Shown piece after piece: positions 45,260-54,497 of a DNA stretch of 58,922 nt. The stretch is from Candidatus Poseidoniaceae archaeon. GTDB lineage: Archaea > Thermoplasmatota > Poseidoniia > Poseidoniales > Poseidoniaceae. The position numbers and the translations under genes are program-made. The first letter of the stretch is position 1. Each line of letters begins with the position of its first letter. The notes below the pieces were generated by a model. The model saw only the letters and a list, made by a program, of their open reading frames with translations. It was not told where the DNA came from and ran no database searches. The stretch is from assembly GCA_030750665.1 (NCBI GenBank), contig JASMHR010000002.1, forward strand, positions 1 to 58,922, written 5' to 3'.

Positions 45260-46309
45260 ATGGCAAGCAAAAGCAAAAAAAATACTTCAAGCGAAACTGA
45301 TGAAAGTAATGAGGAAGACATCGTTGATGTCGAGACCGAGGTGATACCACTGAGCAAAGAAGTTGAGGCCCCTGAACTAACAATCGAAGATTTACCTGGA
45401 GTAGGTCCAGCAACTGCGGAGAAACTACGCGATGCGGGTTTTGAAGAATTACTAGCAATCGCAGTGATGACACCTTCAGCACTGGGAGAAGCGGCTGAAC
45501 TCGGAGAGGCAGTGGCGGGAAAAATCATCATGTCCGCCAAAAAGATGGCAAATATTGGTGGCTTCATCAGTGGTGATGCACTACTGGAACGCCGACGTGA
45601 AGTCATGAAACTGTCAAGCAAGGTACAGTCAATAGATGACCTCCTTGGCGGTGGTTTCGAGACCCAAGCCTTGGTGGAGGTCTACGGTGAATTCGGATCA
45701 GGAAAAACCCAGATTGGCCACCAACTGGCTGTCAACTGTTCACTGCCAATAGCAGAAGGTGGATTAGATGGTGATGTGTTCTACATCGATACTGAAGATA
45801 CATTTCGCCCAGAGAGAATCACCCAGATGGCAAGAGGACAGGGCCTTGATCCTGCTGAAGTACTGAAGAGAATACATGTTGCACGTGCATACAATTCTGC
45901 ACACCAAATGTTATTGGTTGATGAGATAAAACGACTATCTGCAGGATTGAATGTGAAGATGATCATCGTTGATTCCTTGACCAGTCATTTCCGTGCTGAG
46001 TACATCGGCAGGGGAATGTTGGCAAACCGCCAACAGAAACTGAACAAGCACCTCAAAGAGTTGAAGCAGCAAGCTGACATCAACAATGCATTGGTACTTG
46101 TCACCAATCAAGTTCAGAGTAAACCTGATGCGATGTGGGGCGACCCAACCAAACCGATTGGTGGACACGTTCTCGCACACGCCAGCACATTCCGACTATA
46201 CCTGCGCAAGGCCAAGGGTGGACGCAGAATTGCTCGTCTGGTAGATTCACCGAATCTCCCCGATGGAGAATGCATCTACCAGGTCACTCAAGATGGACTG
46301 CGTGATTGA
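45260..46309 (+). CDS. radA: DNA repair and recombination protein RadA
   Basis: Hh[18 protein letters not shown], Walker [10 protein letters not shown], and Walker B MIIVDSL. The ATG at 45260 lies within ORF 45224..46309. Confidence 0.92.
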   Translation: MASKSKKNTSSETDESNEEDIVDVETEVIPLSKEVEAPELTIEDLPGVGPATAEKLRDAGFEELLAIAVMTPSALGEAAELGEAVAGKIIMSAKKMANIGGFISGDALLERRREVMKLSSKVQSIDDLLGGGFETQALVEVYGEFGSGKTQIGHQLAVNCSLPIAEGGLDGDVFYIDTEDTFRPERITQMARGQGLDPAEVLKRIHVARAYNSAHQMLLVDEIKRLSAGLNVKMIIVDSLTSHFRAEYIGRGMLANRQQKLNKHLKELKQQADINNALVLVTNQVQSKPDAMWGDPTKPIGGHVLAHASTFRLYLRKAKGGRRIARLVDSPNLPDGECIYQVTQDGLRD

Positions 46310-46328
46310 ATTCAACAATAACGGCTAC

Positions 46329-49300
46329 TCATTGATCGTATTGTTGGCAGGACGAACACCACCTCCACGTCCTACCTTCATGGTCGACTTCTTGAGTGGT
46401 CCCACCACAGCGGGTGCAGACGGACTGATTGGCAAGCGGTACGATGGTTTGGGATGGTGATGAAGACCAAGGGTCAGCAACGGCACTTGGACCTCGCCGG
46501 CGCAGAATCATGAATACCAGAAGCACCACCAGTCCGGCTGCCCCGCCCCATATCATCATTGTAGAATCAGTATCAGTAGTCTCAGAAGAAACATCGTCTG
46601 AAGTGTTCAAACCACTTCCATTCTGTGAGTCATTGTTGCTCTCATTCACTGTTTCATTCCATCCCTCGGTATCATTCTGAGGCAGTGGAGAACCTGTATT
46701 GTTCCACCACATTTCGGAACTAGTGTTGTATTCGATATTACTGGCGCGAATGATCACCAATAATCTGGTAGGGCCACTGCGTGTCAAATACTGAATTCCA
46801 TCTGTATATCCCGCAGGTGCAGGTTCAAGACTTACGAGTGGACTTTGCCAGCATCGCGAATCGCACTCTTCACTTTCGTTCATCTCGATGGCAAATATCT
46901 CAATCTGTTCTGTGTTTTCACCTCGCTGATGCCAACTATAACTGATACTCCAACGTTCCATATCCGAAGCGACGAACACATCGACGTTCTCCGGCATTGT
47001 GGGTACTGGAACCCCTTGGCACTGGCTGGAATCCTCTGGATACAGATCTATTTCATCTGAACGGATACTGTCAGGAGCACACCCATCTCCATCGAGATCT
47101 GACCAAGCAAGAGTATTGCTAGGGAATGCATCTCCATTCTCAATCCTCAGGCCATCATTATCCAATGTCCATGTGTAATTGTCTCCATAGCCATCACCAT
47201 CACTATCAGAACATTGACTGTTATCGTTGATGAAAGCGTCTCCAATCTCCATGACCCTCAAACCTGTTGAACCATTAGAATAGCTGTAATTATCCCCACA
47301 ATCATCCCCATCACTGTCATTCCACTGTTGCCCATCACTTGGAAAAGCATCACCTCGTTGATTCAGTCTTTGTTCATTGATTCCATTCCAGAAGTAATTG
47401 TCTCCGTATCCATCAGCATCACTGTCATTCCACTGTTCAATATCTGCGATGAACGCATCTGCAGCCCCTGATGGATGTGCAAGCCACTGTTCATCAGGAT
47501 CTGACCAACCATCTCCATCACTATCAGGACAGCCCAATCTATCTCGAATGCTGGTCCCATAAATGAAGGGGCATTGATCGCCATTGGTGCCATTCGATTC
47601 ATCGCCGTGCCCATCAGCATCTGAATCAGACCATTGTGTATGATCATTTGGCCAGAGATCTTCGGTATCTGTGTATCCATCCTCATCTGAATCCACCATC
47701 CATGTCATCCATCCGCCAGTACTGTTCGCAACCACATATCTCGTTCCCATGGCGGTATCATGAATTGCCACTCCGCGGGGAATCCCTACTATTGGCCAAG
47801 AATCAACCAATTCTCCAGAACTCAGATTCAAAATACTGACCTGCCCAATACTGGAATCCGAAGACGTTCCCGAGCCTATTATTGCAAGTTGTTCCAGCTC
47901 GAAAATCTGCGCTGAAAATCCTTCAAATGGCAAGGAAACTCTCCATAACTCCTGTTCGCTATCGACATCATAGAGAATAACTTCCTTGTCCCAACCCGCA
48001 CTGATGATGACATTTCTTTCCGGAGACCATTCTACAACCCCAGTATAATTCGCATGACTATAAGGGGAAGGTAACTCATGCCAATCGCTTGGAGAATCTG
48101 AATCTGTGTTCCATACTCGTATCTCACCGTCTTGTTCTGCTGTGACCAATCTATTTCCACCAGAATTAAACTCCATCGCCCAACAAGTATCTGGACAAGG
48201 CCATGTTCGTTCAACTGCCCAAATATCTCCCGTGTTGGTAAGAATATTCACTTCTCCATCAATGGTGGAATCTGAACCATTAGGAACTGAACTCAAGGCG
48301 AGCAACTTGCTGTTCTTGAATGCAATTCTACCAAAAACATCCATGTCTACAACGGCGCTGAAATCAAAATAAGAATCTCCAGAACCTTGGATGGAACACC
48401 ATATCACTGTGCCATCAGTGAATCCACCGACGGCTATATCCCTAGTCAACCATTTCACACTCTTGACATATGGAACTGAAACGGTGTCATCTCCCCAATC
48501 AGGGTGTTGACATGAACGCATTCTATGCCCCGTTTTCAGGTCATGGATATCCAGAGATCCAGAACCCTGAGCAATTGCAACCATCGTACCAGCCACATCG
48601 ATCTCGAACTCCCTCATGATACTGCTATCCAGGATTCCTTCCAAGGAAAGTCCACCAGTATCCAGAATATTCCATACTTCGATTGAACCATCCTGCCCAG
48701 CACTGGCTAACTCAGTTCCAGCCCCATTCATTGCTAATGCTCTGACATCAGAACGGCTGTCCTTGTATGCATGCCAACCGTGACTGGAAACTAGCTGCCC
48801 TGCCGCGTCAAGAACCAATACTTGACCTTCACCAAGAAGGCCCACATACAATGAATCAGAATGTGCTGACCACTCCAAACGAGTGATGTTCTGCTCCAGA
48901 GGTTGGTACCACTCTACATCTCCTTCGGAGATGAAATGAGACACTACACTCTCTCCAGTACTCTTAGTCCAGGCCACAGAATACTGAGAATCTCCTTTCC
49001 AATCGAGATGCCATCCAGAAGAACCTGTAGCGATGTTATGCTGCAGAGTCTGATTCAATGAATGACTTTCAAACAAACGAATACTATCCCCCCCGCCTGC
49101 TCTTTCGATTGTGGCAATAGTTGCACCATCTGCGGACCATCTGCAGACCTTGACCACATCTGGAGTGTGTAATGCGATATTATTGGCCACCTCGCTTCGA
49201 CCCAGCAAATATGCAGTATCAACAATAACGATTTCGCCCCCATTCGATGGACGGCCTCCGCAATAGACTACGCGACTACCATCTGGACTGACTTCCATAT

Positions 49301-49823
49301 CATGACCCCAATTCTGCTCAACACCAGTCATGTTACTACTCCAATGACCTGAGAAATCATCGAAAGTATCCTTTGGCCGAATGATTCCATCATCACTGAC
49401 CGCATATGCATTCCAATTGTGTCTTTGATCCAATGTCAGGATGTGGTCATTGTCTATCCAATCAACTCCTAACAGTTGCATATGGTGAGTCAACCGAAAT
49501 ATCACTCTATCATCACTCTTGTTCCAAACAGATAGCCCACCATCAAGACCAACTGCAGCGATATGTTCTCCATCAAGAGACCACTCCACATCCCACATGA
49601 CTGAGGGAAGACTGGGATGCCATACGGAAAGAGCCATGCCGGCTGGACGAGAAGGTGTGTCGTCGCGCTCCCATGCTTCTACAGCACCAGTTTCTAGATT
49701 CAACTCAATCATGGAGAATGGAGTGAATAGCAAAAGGATGGTCAGGCCAACAACTACTCGCTGCTTGCCCATGTTACTGGCGTTATCCACTATTGCTTGA
49801 GAGTACCGCTGCTGTGTTCGCAC
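46329..49823 (-). CDS. Giant membrane-anchored protein with WD40-like beta-propeller repeats, thrombospondin-type-3 Ca-binding repeats, an N-glycosylation-sequon-rich stalk, a TM helix and a C-terminal 4-Cys zinc ribbon
   Basis: 1164 aa. WD-like units include DGEHIAAVGLDGGLSVWN, ELASAGQDGSIEVWN, RLVTAEQDGEIRVWN and VIISAGWDKEVILYD. TSP3 units include DSDADGHGD, DSDGDGWSD, DSDADGYGDNY, DSDGDDCGDNY, DSDGDGYGDNY and DLDGDGC. The TM helix is IWGGAAGLVVLLVFMIL. The tail is CTRCGG...CSSCQQY. Confidence 0.75.
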   Translation of the reverse strand: MRTQQRYSQAIVDNASNMGKQRVVVGLTILLLFTPFSMIELNLETGAVEAWERDDTPSRPAGMALSVWHPSLPSVMWDVEWSLDGEHIAAVGLDGGLSVWNKSDDRVIFRLTHHMQLLGVDWIDNDHILTLDQRHNWNAYAVSDDGIIRPKDTFDDFSGHWSSNMTGVEQNWGHDMEVSPDGSRVVYCGGRPSNGGEIVIVDTAYLLGRSEVANNIALHTPDVVKVCRWSADGATIATIERAGGGDSIRLFESHSLNQTLQHNIATGSSGWHLDWKGDSQYSVAWTKSTGESVVSHFISEGDVEWYQPLEQNITRLEWSAHSDSLYVGLLGEGQVLVLDAAGQLVSSHGWHAYKDSRSDVRALAMNGAGTELASAGQDGSIEVWNILDTGGLSLEGILDSSIMREFEIDVAGTMVAIAQGSGSLDIHDLKTGHRMRSCQHPDWGDDTVSVPYVKSVKWLTRDIAVGGFTDGTVIWCSIQGSGDSYFDFSAVVDMDVFGRIAFKNSKLLALSSVPNGSDSTIDGEVNILTNTGDIWAVERTWPCPDTCWAMEFNSGGNRLVTAEQDGEIRVWNTDSDSPSDWHELPSPYSHANYTGVVEWSPERNVIISAGWDKEVILYDVDSEQELWRVSLPFEGFSAQIFELEQLAIIGSGTSSDSSIGQVSILNLSSGELVDSWPIVGIPRGVAIHDTAMGTRYVVANSTGGWMTWMVDSDEDGYTDTEDLWPNDHTQWSDSDADGHGDESNGTNGDQCPFIYGTSIRDRLGCPDSDGDGWSDPDEQWLAHPSGAADAFIADIEQWNDSDADGYGDNYFWNGINEQRLNQRGDAFPSDGQQWNDSDGDDCGDNYSYSNGSTGLRVMEIGDAFINDNSQCSDSDGDGYGDNYTWTLDNDGLRIENGDAFPSNTLAWSDLDGDGCAPDSIRSDEIDLYPEDSSQCQGVPVPTMPENVDVFVASDMERWSISYSWHQRGENTEQIEIFAIEMNESEECDSRCWQSPLVSLEPAPAGYTDGIQYLTRSGPTRLLVIIRASNIEYNTSSEMWWNNTGSPLPQNDTEGWNETVNESNNDSQNGSGLNTSDDVSSETTDTDSTMMIWGGAAGLVVLLVFMILRRRGPSAVADPWSSSPSQTIVPLANQSVCTRCGGTTQEVDHEGRTWRWCSSCQQYDQ

Positions 49824-49904
49824 CTGAAAACGGGTAAGAAAACCCCCCTGCGCGCTACATTTTCAAGGGGCATCTTGAAAGAGGCTGAAGGTCGGACTTC
49901 ACCC

Positions 49905-51035
49905 ATGAAGCACCTCATAGAACGTGTTCTCAGCCTTGAATCGGATGATAATACAACCGTCATCAAACCTGTGAATGAAGATTCAAAAGCCAATGATGCA
50001 GAACTGCGTCAACTCTTGGAATCACTACAACCTAGAATTCGTGTGTACGGCGTTGGTGGTGCTGGATGCAACGCTATCAGTAGATTGGCAGGAGAGGGAT
50101 TGTTCAGTTCAAAATTCGTGACTGGGTATGCAATTAATACAGATGCTCAGGCCTTGTTATTGACCCAGGTGGAGGAAAAGATACTCATCGGAAGAAGTGC
50201 AAGAGGGCGTGGAGCCGGAGGGGACCCTGCTAAAGGTGAAACCGCGGCACTGGAAAGCGAATTTACACTGAATCGAATCACCGAAGATACTCAACTTGCA
50301 ATCATTACAGCAGGGATGGGCGGGGGTTCAGGCACAGGAGCAGCAGGTCATGTTGCAAGACTGGCCAAGAAACAAGGTGCATTGACAATAGCAGTAGTGA
50401 CCTATCCATTCGAATCAGAAGGAGCATTGAGAAGGCAGAATGCCGAATGGGGTCTTGAAAGATTGCGAGAGTATTGCGACACGATAATTGTGATTCCAAA
50501 TGAACGCCTACTTGAGATTCAGGGTGTGAAAGATCTACCGCTGGCTGCAGCATTCAGAGTTGGAGATGAATTATTGGTTCGTTCGATCAAGGGAGTGACC
50601 GACTTGCTTACCTGCGATGGGATGGTCAACCTCGACTTTGAAGATCTGCGTTCAGTCATCACCACTGGTGGTGGAGTAGCGATGATAGGAATTGGAGGAG
50701 CAAGTGGAGAAGGCAGAGCTGTGAAGGCGACTTTGGAAGCACTACACAGCCCGCTGCTTGAACTCGACCTATCCGATGCGCGTGGAGCTCTGATCAATGT
50801 CGTTGGAGGCCCCACACTGACTCTGGGAGAAGCAGAGGCCGCTGCTCAAATCATCAAAGAACAGATCAACGAACATGCCAGAATAATTTGGGGGGCTGCA
50901 GTCGAAGAAGATGCTGGAGAGGAGATGAGAGTGATGGTGGTTCTAACAGGAGTAAAGAGTAAACAGATTCATGGTGCAAGCGAGAATACTCAACTCAAAG
51001 CATTGAGATCCAGTCATATTGAATTCGTCAATTGA
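49905..51035 (+). CDS. ftsZ: Cell division GTPase FtsZ
   Basis: GVGGAGCNAI and tubulin signature GMGGGSGTGAAG. The ATG at 49905 lies within ORF 49797..51035. Confidence 0.92.
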   Translation: MKHLIERVLSLESDDNTTVIKPVNEDSKANDAELRQLLESLQPRIRVYGVGGAGCNAISRLAGEGLFSSKFVTGYAINTDAQALLLTQVEEKILIGRSARGRGAGGDPAKGETAALESEFTLNRITEDTQLAIITAGMGGGSGTGAAGHVARLAKKQGALTIAVVTYPFESEGALRRQNAEWGLERLREYCDTIIVIPNERLLEIQGVKDLPLAAAFRVGDELLVRSIKGVTDLLTCDGMVNLDFEDLRSVITTGGGVAMIGIGGASGEGRAVKATLEALHSPLLELDLSDARGALINVVGGPTLTLGEAEAAAQIIKEQINEHARIIWGAAVEEDAGEEMRVMVVLTGVKSKQIHGASENTQLKALRSSHIEFVN

Positions 51036-51637
51036 ATCCGTCGTGCTGCAATTAATACCACCGAAATCGTAGCGAAGGCTCCGATGAAAGGTATCGCCAT
51101 TTCTCTCTTGGGCACATCTGCATCTTTGAGTTCTCCAGTGAAATTCTCTCCACGAATGCTTGCAATCGTACTCGCCCATGCATCTCCAGTGGTTTCTCCA
51201 TCGCCATTCACAGCATTGGCATGGAACTGAAAATCAACCTGGATATCATCTCTTTCTGGTGCTGTCCACTGAATCATCCAACCTCGTTGATCATTTCCTG
51301 CTTCGCTATGAGTCAAACGCCCATCGATATCTCTGGTGTCAGCACTGCCACTGGCCAAACCATCCGAATACCAGAATAGAAACCCTCCTTGATTGGCTCC
51401 AGTACCTATGATACTGCTATTCATCCAAATGGTCAAATTATACGTCTCACTTGAATTGAATATTTCAGGAAGACCATCTATACTCGCTTGGGTTTTCAAC
51501 TCCCTTTCTGCTCCATGACAAACGCAACCCTTGTCGCCTTGCTGACCGATTCCTTCTGGATATGCTAGACTGGGTGGCAAGGTGAAAAGAAGAAGAGAGA
51601 TCAGCAGGACCGAACATGCTCTGAGGCGTGTGTTCAT
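51014..51637 (-). CDS. Secreted protein of unknown function with a C-terminal membrane anchor
   Basis: 207 aa with signal peptide CSVLLISLLLFTLPPSLA, a GCVCHG motif near the mature N-terminus, and C-terminal helix IPFIGAFATISVVLIAA. Its 3' end overlaps the ftsZ 3' end by 22 nt (convergent). Confidence 0.5.
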   Translation of the reverse strand: MNTRLRACSVLLISLLLFTLPPSLAYPEGIGQQGDKGCVCHGAERELKTQASIDGLPEIFNSSETYNLTIWMNSSIIGTGANQGGFLFWYSDGLASGSADTRDIDGRLTHSEAGNDQRGWMIQWTAPERDDIQVDFQFHANAVNGDGETTGDAWASTIASIRGENFTGELKDADVPKREMAIPFIGAFATISVVLIAARRIQLTNSI

Positions 51638-51680
51638 CGTTCACAGCCCGAGGCTTGTGGTCAAGAAGTTGCGCATACGT

Positions 51681-52826
51681 TCACAGGTGCTGACTTGACA
51701 GCAGTACAGCCTTACCCGCTTCAAGTAAGTGCCATTTTCGCGCCTTTCCACGCCCCTTGGCCTCTACGAAACCGCGTTCACTAAGGCGCTTCATATGATA
51801 TGACATCAATTGCCGAGAAGTAGCCAACTTATCTCGCAATACGCCGGTCTGAATACCCAATGCTCCCGCAGTCGACAACACCTCTAGAATGGCTTGCTGC
51901 ATCCCCACCACTGGCTGTTCTAATTTTGAAAGTAATTTTGGATCAATTCCACTGGAAGCATATCGGCGTTTTGGACCATCCAGCCATGAGATTATTCGCC
52001 CCTCCTTCTCCAATACAAGAAGATGGTGAGCAGTGACGCCATTGGCCAATGATAATGCATCGCGTAATGCGGAGAAATGAATGCCAGGATGTGCTTCGAC
52101 ATATCCTTGAATACGCCCCTTGGTGAAGGTCCCAGATTCGCCTCTTTGGGATATTGCCAATATTGGTCCGATCACTGCAAGCATCAGGCTCACTCTTCCT
52201 GCCTCACTGGCTATCACCGCAGTCAACATCGTTCCCATCAGCCCCACCGCCAATACTGCGGCAAGACTCAACACCACTATCTGTGTGGTGGGAATTACCC
52301 ATGAGTATCCCCCGGCTCCAAATTCTTCACCTCCTTCTGCAAGCATACGTTCAGAATCACCAGAAGTCTTGTCTGTATCTGATTCTGTAGTGCTTTCCTG
52401 TTGACTACCGGCTTGAGAATCGCTTTCTTCATCATTGGTCCCGGATGTATCTGCGTCTGCACCATCATCCATGGGCTCACTCGAATCGGCTTGCGAATCT
52501 TCTGTGCCATTCTGCCCCGATTGGTCTTGTTCAGGTTCCTCTTGAGTGCTTTCACTCTGTCCAGAGCCTTGCCCTTGACTCGCATTGGAACCGGAATCCA
52601 AACCCCCATCAGTTATTTGGGAATCTGTTTCATCTTCAAACACACCTTCCTCTATGTGCCAGGCATCTAGATGTTCTTCAACATCAGGAAGAGCGAGTAC
52701 AGAACAGAACAACGTGGTAGCGATAAGGATGCGCCACACCCATACTCTATTGGCTGCCATATACAGTGACCTCGACATTCGTGTCCTATCAAAAGGGTGG
52801 TGAACCTGTTTGACGAATGGGTCCAT
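51681..52826 (-). CDS. Membrane-tethered transcriptional regulator with two winged-helix (ArsR/MarR-like) domains
   Basis: N-terminal TM helix, a ~120-aa acidic Ser/Asp/Gln-rich low-complexity region, and 2-3 TM helices. These are followed by GIHFSALRDALSLANGVTAHHLLVLEKEGRI and GIQTGVLRDKLATSRQLMSYHMKRLSERGFV. Confidence 0.6.
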   Translation of the reverse strand: MDPFVKQVHHPFDRTRMSRSLYMAANRVWVWRILIATTLFCSVLALPDVEEHLDAWHIEEGVFEDETDSQITDGGLDSGSNASQGQGSGQSESTQEEPEQDQSGQNGTEDSQADSSEPMDDGADADTSGTNDEESDSQAGSQQESTTESDTDKTSGDSERMLAEGGEEFGAGGYSWVIPTTQIVVLSLAAVLAVGLMGTMLTAVIASEAGRVSLMLAVIGPILAISQRGESGTFTKGRIQGYVEAHPGIHFSALRDALSLANGVTAHHLLVLEKEGRIISWLDGPKRRYASSGIDPKLLSKLEQPVVGMQQAILEVLSTAGALGIQTGVLRDKLATSRQLMSYHMKRLSERGFVEAKGRGKARKWHLLEAGKAVLLSSQHL

Positions 52827-52868
52827 TCAGTGAATGGATTGATGAGGGGGAGGTAGAGTCCACGGCTA

Positions 52869-53492
52869 GTGAGTGGCCACATGTTCGTCGACGAAACCGA
52901 AGAAGACGATGACCTGTATGAAGCTCTAGAGGTTTCCACCACCGCCCCCGCTGCCCGTGGCAATGATTTGCTGGACGCTCTTGGCGAAGAGGAAGAAGAG
53001 GAAATCGCTGAAGAGGATGAGGGGGTTGTGATTGCCACACTTGACATGGGGGAAACAATGGGAGGAGAACCAGAACAAGAAACGTTCTTTCCACAGGAAG
53101 AAATCTCTGAGGAAGAAGAGGATGTTGACCCTTTCGAAGAATTAGGAGCATCTCGTCCAATCTCTTCAAACAACGAAGAAAGCGCAGTGGTGAGTGATGC
53201 TCTCGCTGCTTTCATGGACGATGAAGACGAAGATGGTGAATCCGGAGAACTGCAAGAAGTCTCTCTGTTTGAAGAAACTGAAGAGGATGATGTCGATGAG
53301 GAAGAGGAAGCCAAGGCTGAAGAAAAACCCAAAGCAGACCCCAAAGAACTCTATCGTTTCCTGTTGGAAGGAGTCTGGGTCGATGACGTTCTTGACCCAG
53401 CAGAAGTGGCTTTGATGTCTCGAAAACGACGTGAATTGAATATTTCATTCGAGACCCATCTGGAGATACTCAAAGAAATATTACACGAATGA
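52869..53492 (+). CDS. Highly acidic protein with a small C-terminal helical domain (hypothetical)
   Basis: 207 aa rich in Glu and Asp over most of its length. The C-terminal 45 aa are LYRFLLEGVWVDDVLDPAEVALMSRKRRELNISFETHLEILKEI. Confidence 0.5.
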   Translation: MSGHMFVDETEEDDDLYEALEVSTTAPAARGNDLLDALGEEEEEEIAEEDEGVVIATLDMGETMGGEPEQETFFPQEEISEEEEDVDPFEELGASRPISSNNEESAVVSDALAAFMDDEDEDGESGELQEVSLFEETEEDDVDEEEEAKAEEKPKADPKELYRFLLEGVWVDDVLDPAEVALMSRKRRELNISFETHLEILKEILHE

Positions 53493-53501
53493 AGTGAGAT
53501 T

Positions 53502-53960
53502 ATGACAATTCTCTTCAAACACGCTTTAGATTTGGCTTGGAACGACGGCAGGCTTTCCCGCAGGGGAGCGGTTTTACTAGAGAATCTACAGGATTTTCTC
53601 GATCTCAGTGACTATGAACGTGGCGTGATTGAAGAGAAGCATTCCGATGAGGAGGTTCCTTTTCTAATCACGAGAGGATACGGTTCAGGGGCTGATCTGC
53701 TCGACCAATGGATGGCTACACTTCTAGACCTTGATGAAGAATTACCTCTGATTCTAGTGAGTATGGGCCGTGCAGCACTGGAACGTGGGATAACGAAACA
53801 GGGGTGGATAGATGTTTTCAGAGCTGCAGAAGGCATGGGTTGTGAATTCGATTTCGCGCGTGGCGTTTGGGAGCCTGAATATGAGGTTGAGAACCTTGAA
53901 TGGCCAGTGGCTCTTGCTCCAGTAGCAAATGCACTAGGCTTAACAGATGAAGATGAATGA
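53502..53960 (+). CDS. Hypothetical protein whose N-terminus resembles the C-terminal module of the preceding acidic protein
   Basis: 152 aa with ILFKHALDLAWNDGRLSRRGAVLLENLQDFLDLSDYERGVIEEK. Confidence 0.5.
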   Translation: MTILFKHALDLAWNDGRLSRRGAVLLENLQDFLDLSDYERGVIEEKHSDEEVPFLITRGYGSGADLLDQWMATLLDLDEELPLILVSMGRAALERGITKQGWIDVFRAAEGMGCEFDFARGVWEPEYEVENLEWPVALAPVANALGLTDEDE

Positions 53961-53961
53961 T

Positions 53962-54372
53962 TCAGTATCTTCCTATCTGCTTCATATGTTCTTGTGCTGC
54001 TGATAGAACTTCTTTTGATTCAATGTGTGTCAACATTTCCATCGCTTGTTCCCAATCCAGCCAAAGGTGGTCTCGGTGTTCATGTGACAATTGTATTTCC
54101 ATCATCTCAGTCTCGCCAATATACCAATACACTTGTTTCTCGACCTTCTTTCCTTTATGCCTGAATTGATATTCTGTTCTCTCTTCAAAACCATTGATGA
54201 TTACAATGTCATTGATGCCTGTCTCCTCTTCCAATTCCCGTATGGCTGCAGCGATTCGCGATGCATCATCATCCTCGATGTGCCCTTTGGGAAAGTCCCA
54301 GTGGCCTTGTGGATATTCCAATATCAATATGTTGCCGAGGTTGATGACAACCATACCGCATGAAGTCTCCAT
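53962..54372 (-). CDS. NUDIX hydrolase (Ap4A-hydrolase-like)
   Basis: HWDFPKGHIEDDDASRIAAAIRELEEETGI Nudix box, 136 aa. Confidence 0.85.
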   Translation of the reverse strand: METSCGMVVINLGNILILEYPQGHWDFPKGHIEDDDASRIAAAIRELEEETGINDIVIINGFEERTEYQFRHKGKKVEKQVYWYIGETEMMEIQLSHEHRDHLWLDWEQAMEMLTHIESKEVLSAAQEHMKQIGRY

Positions 54373-54497
54373 AAATATCGCTTCTACCTAAACGTCATGA
54401 TGTTTTCCGCGACTTCCCGCGATAGGCCCCCTATTCTTTCACCAAGCGATTGATTCATCAGTCTAGGTCCGACCGGCACATGATAGGAAGGTCACAA

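Noticed and set aside
52667-53344. 225-aa Ser-rich minus-strand ORF (plus 52789..53169)
   Set aside because: It is the antisense reading of the GAA/GAG/GAT-rich acidic gene 52869..53492. Its Ser/Leu-rich low complexity is what the reverse complement of Glu/Asp codons produces.
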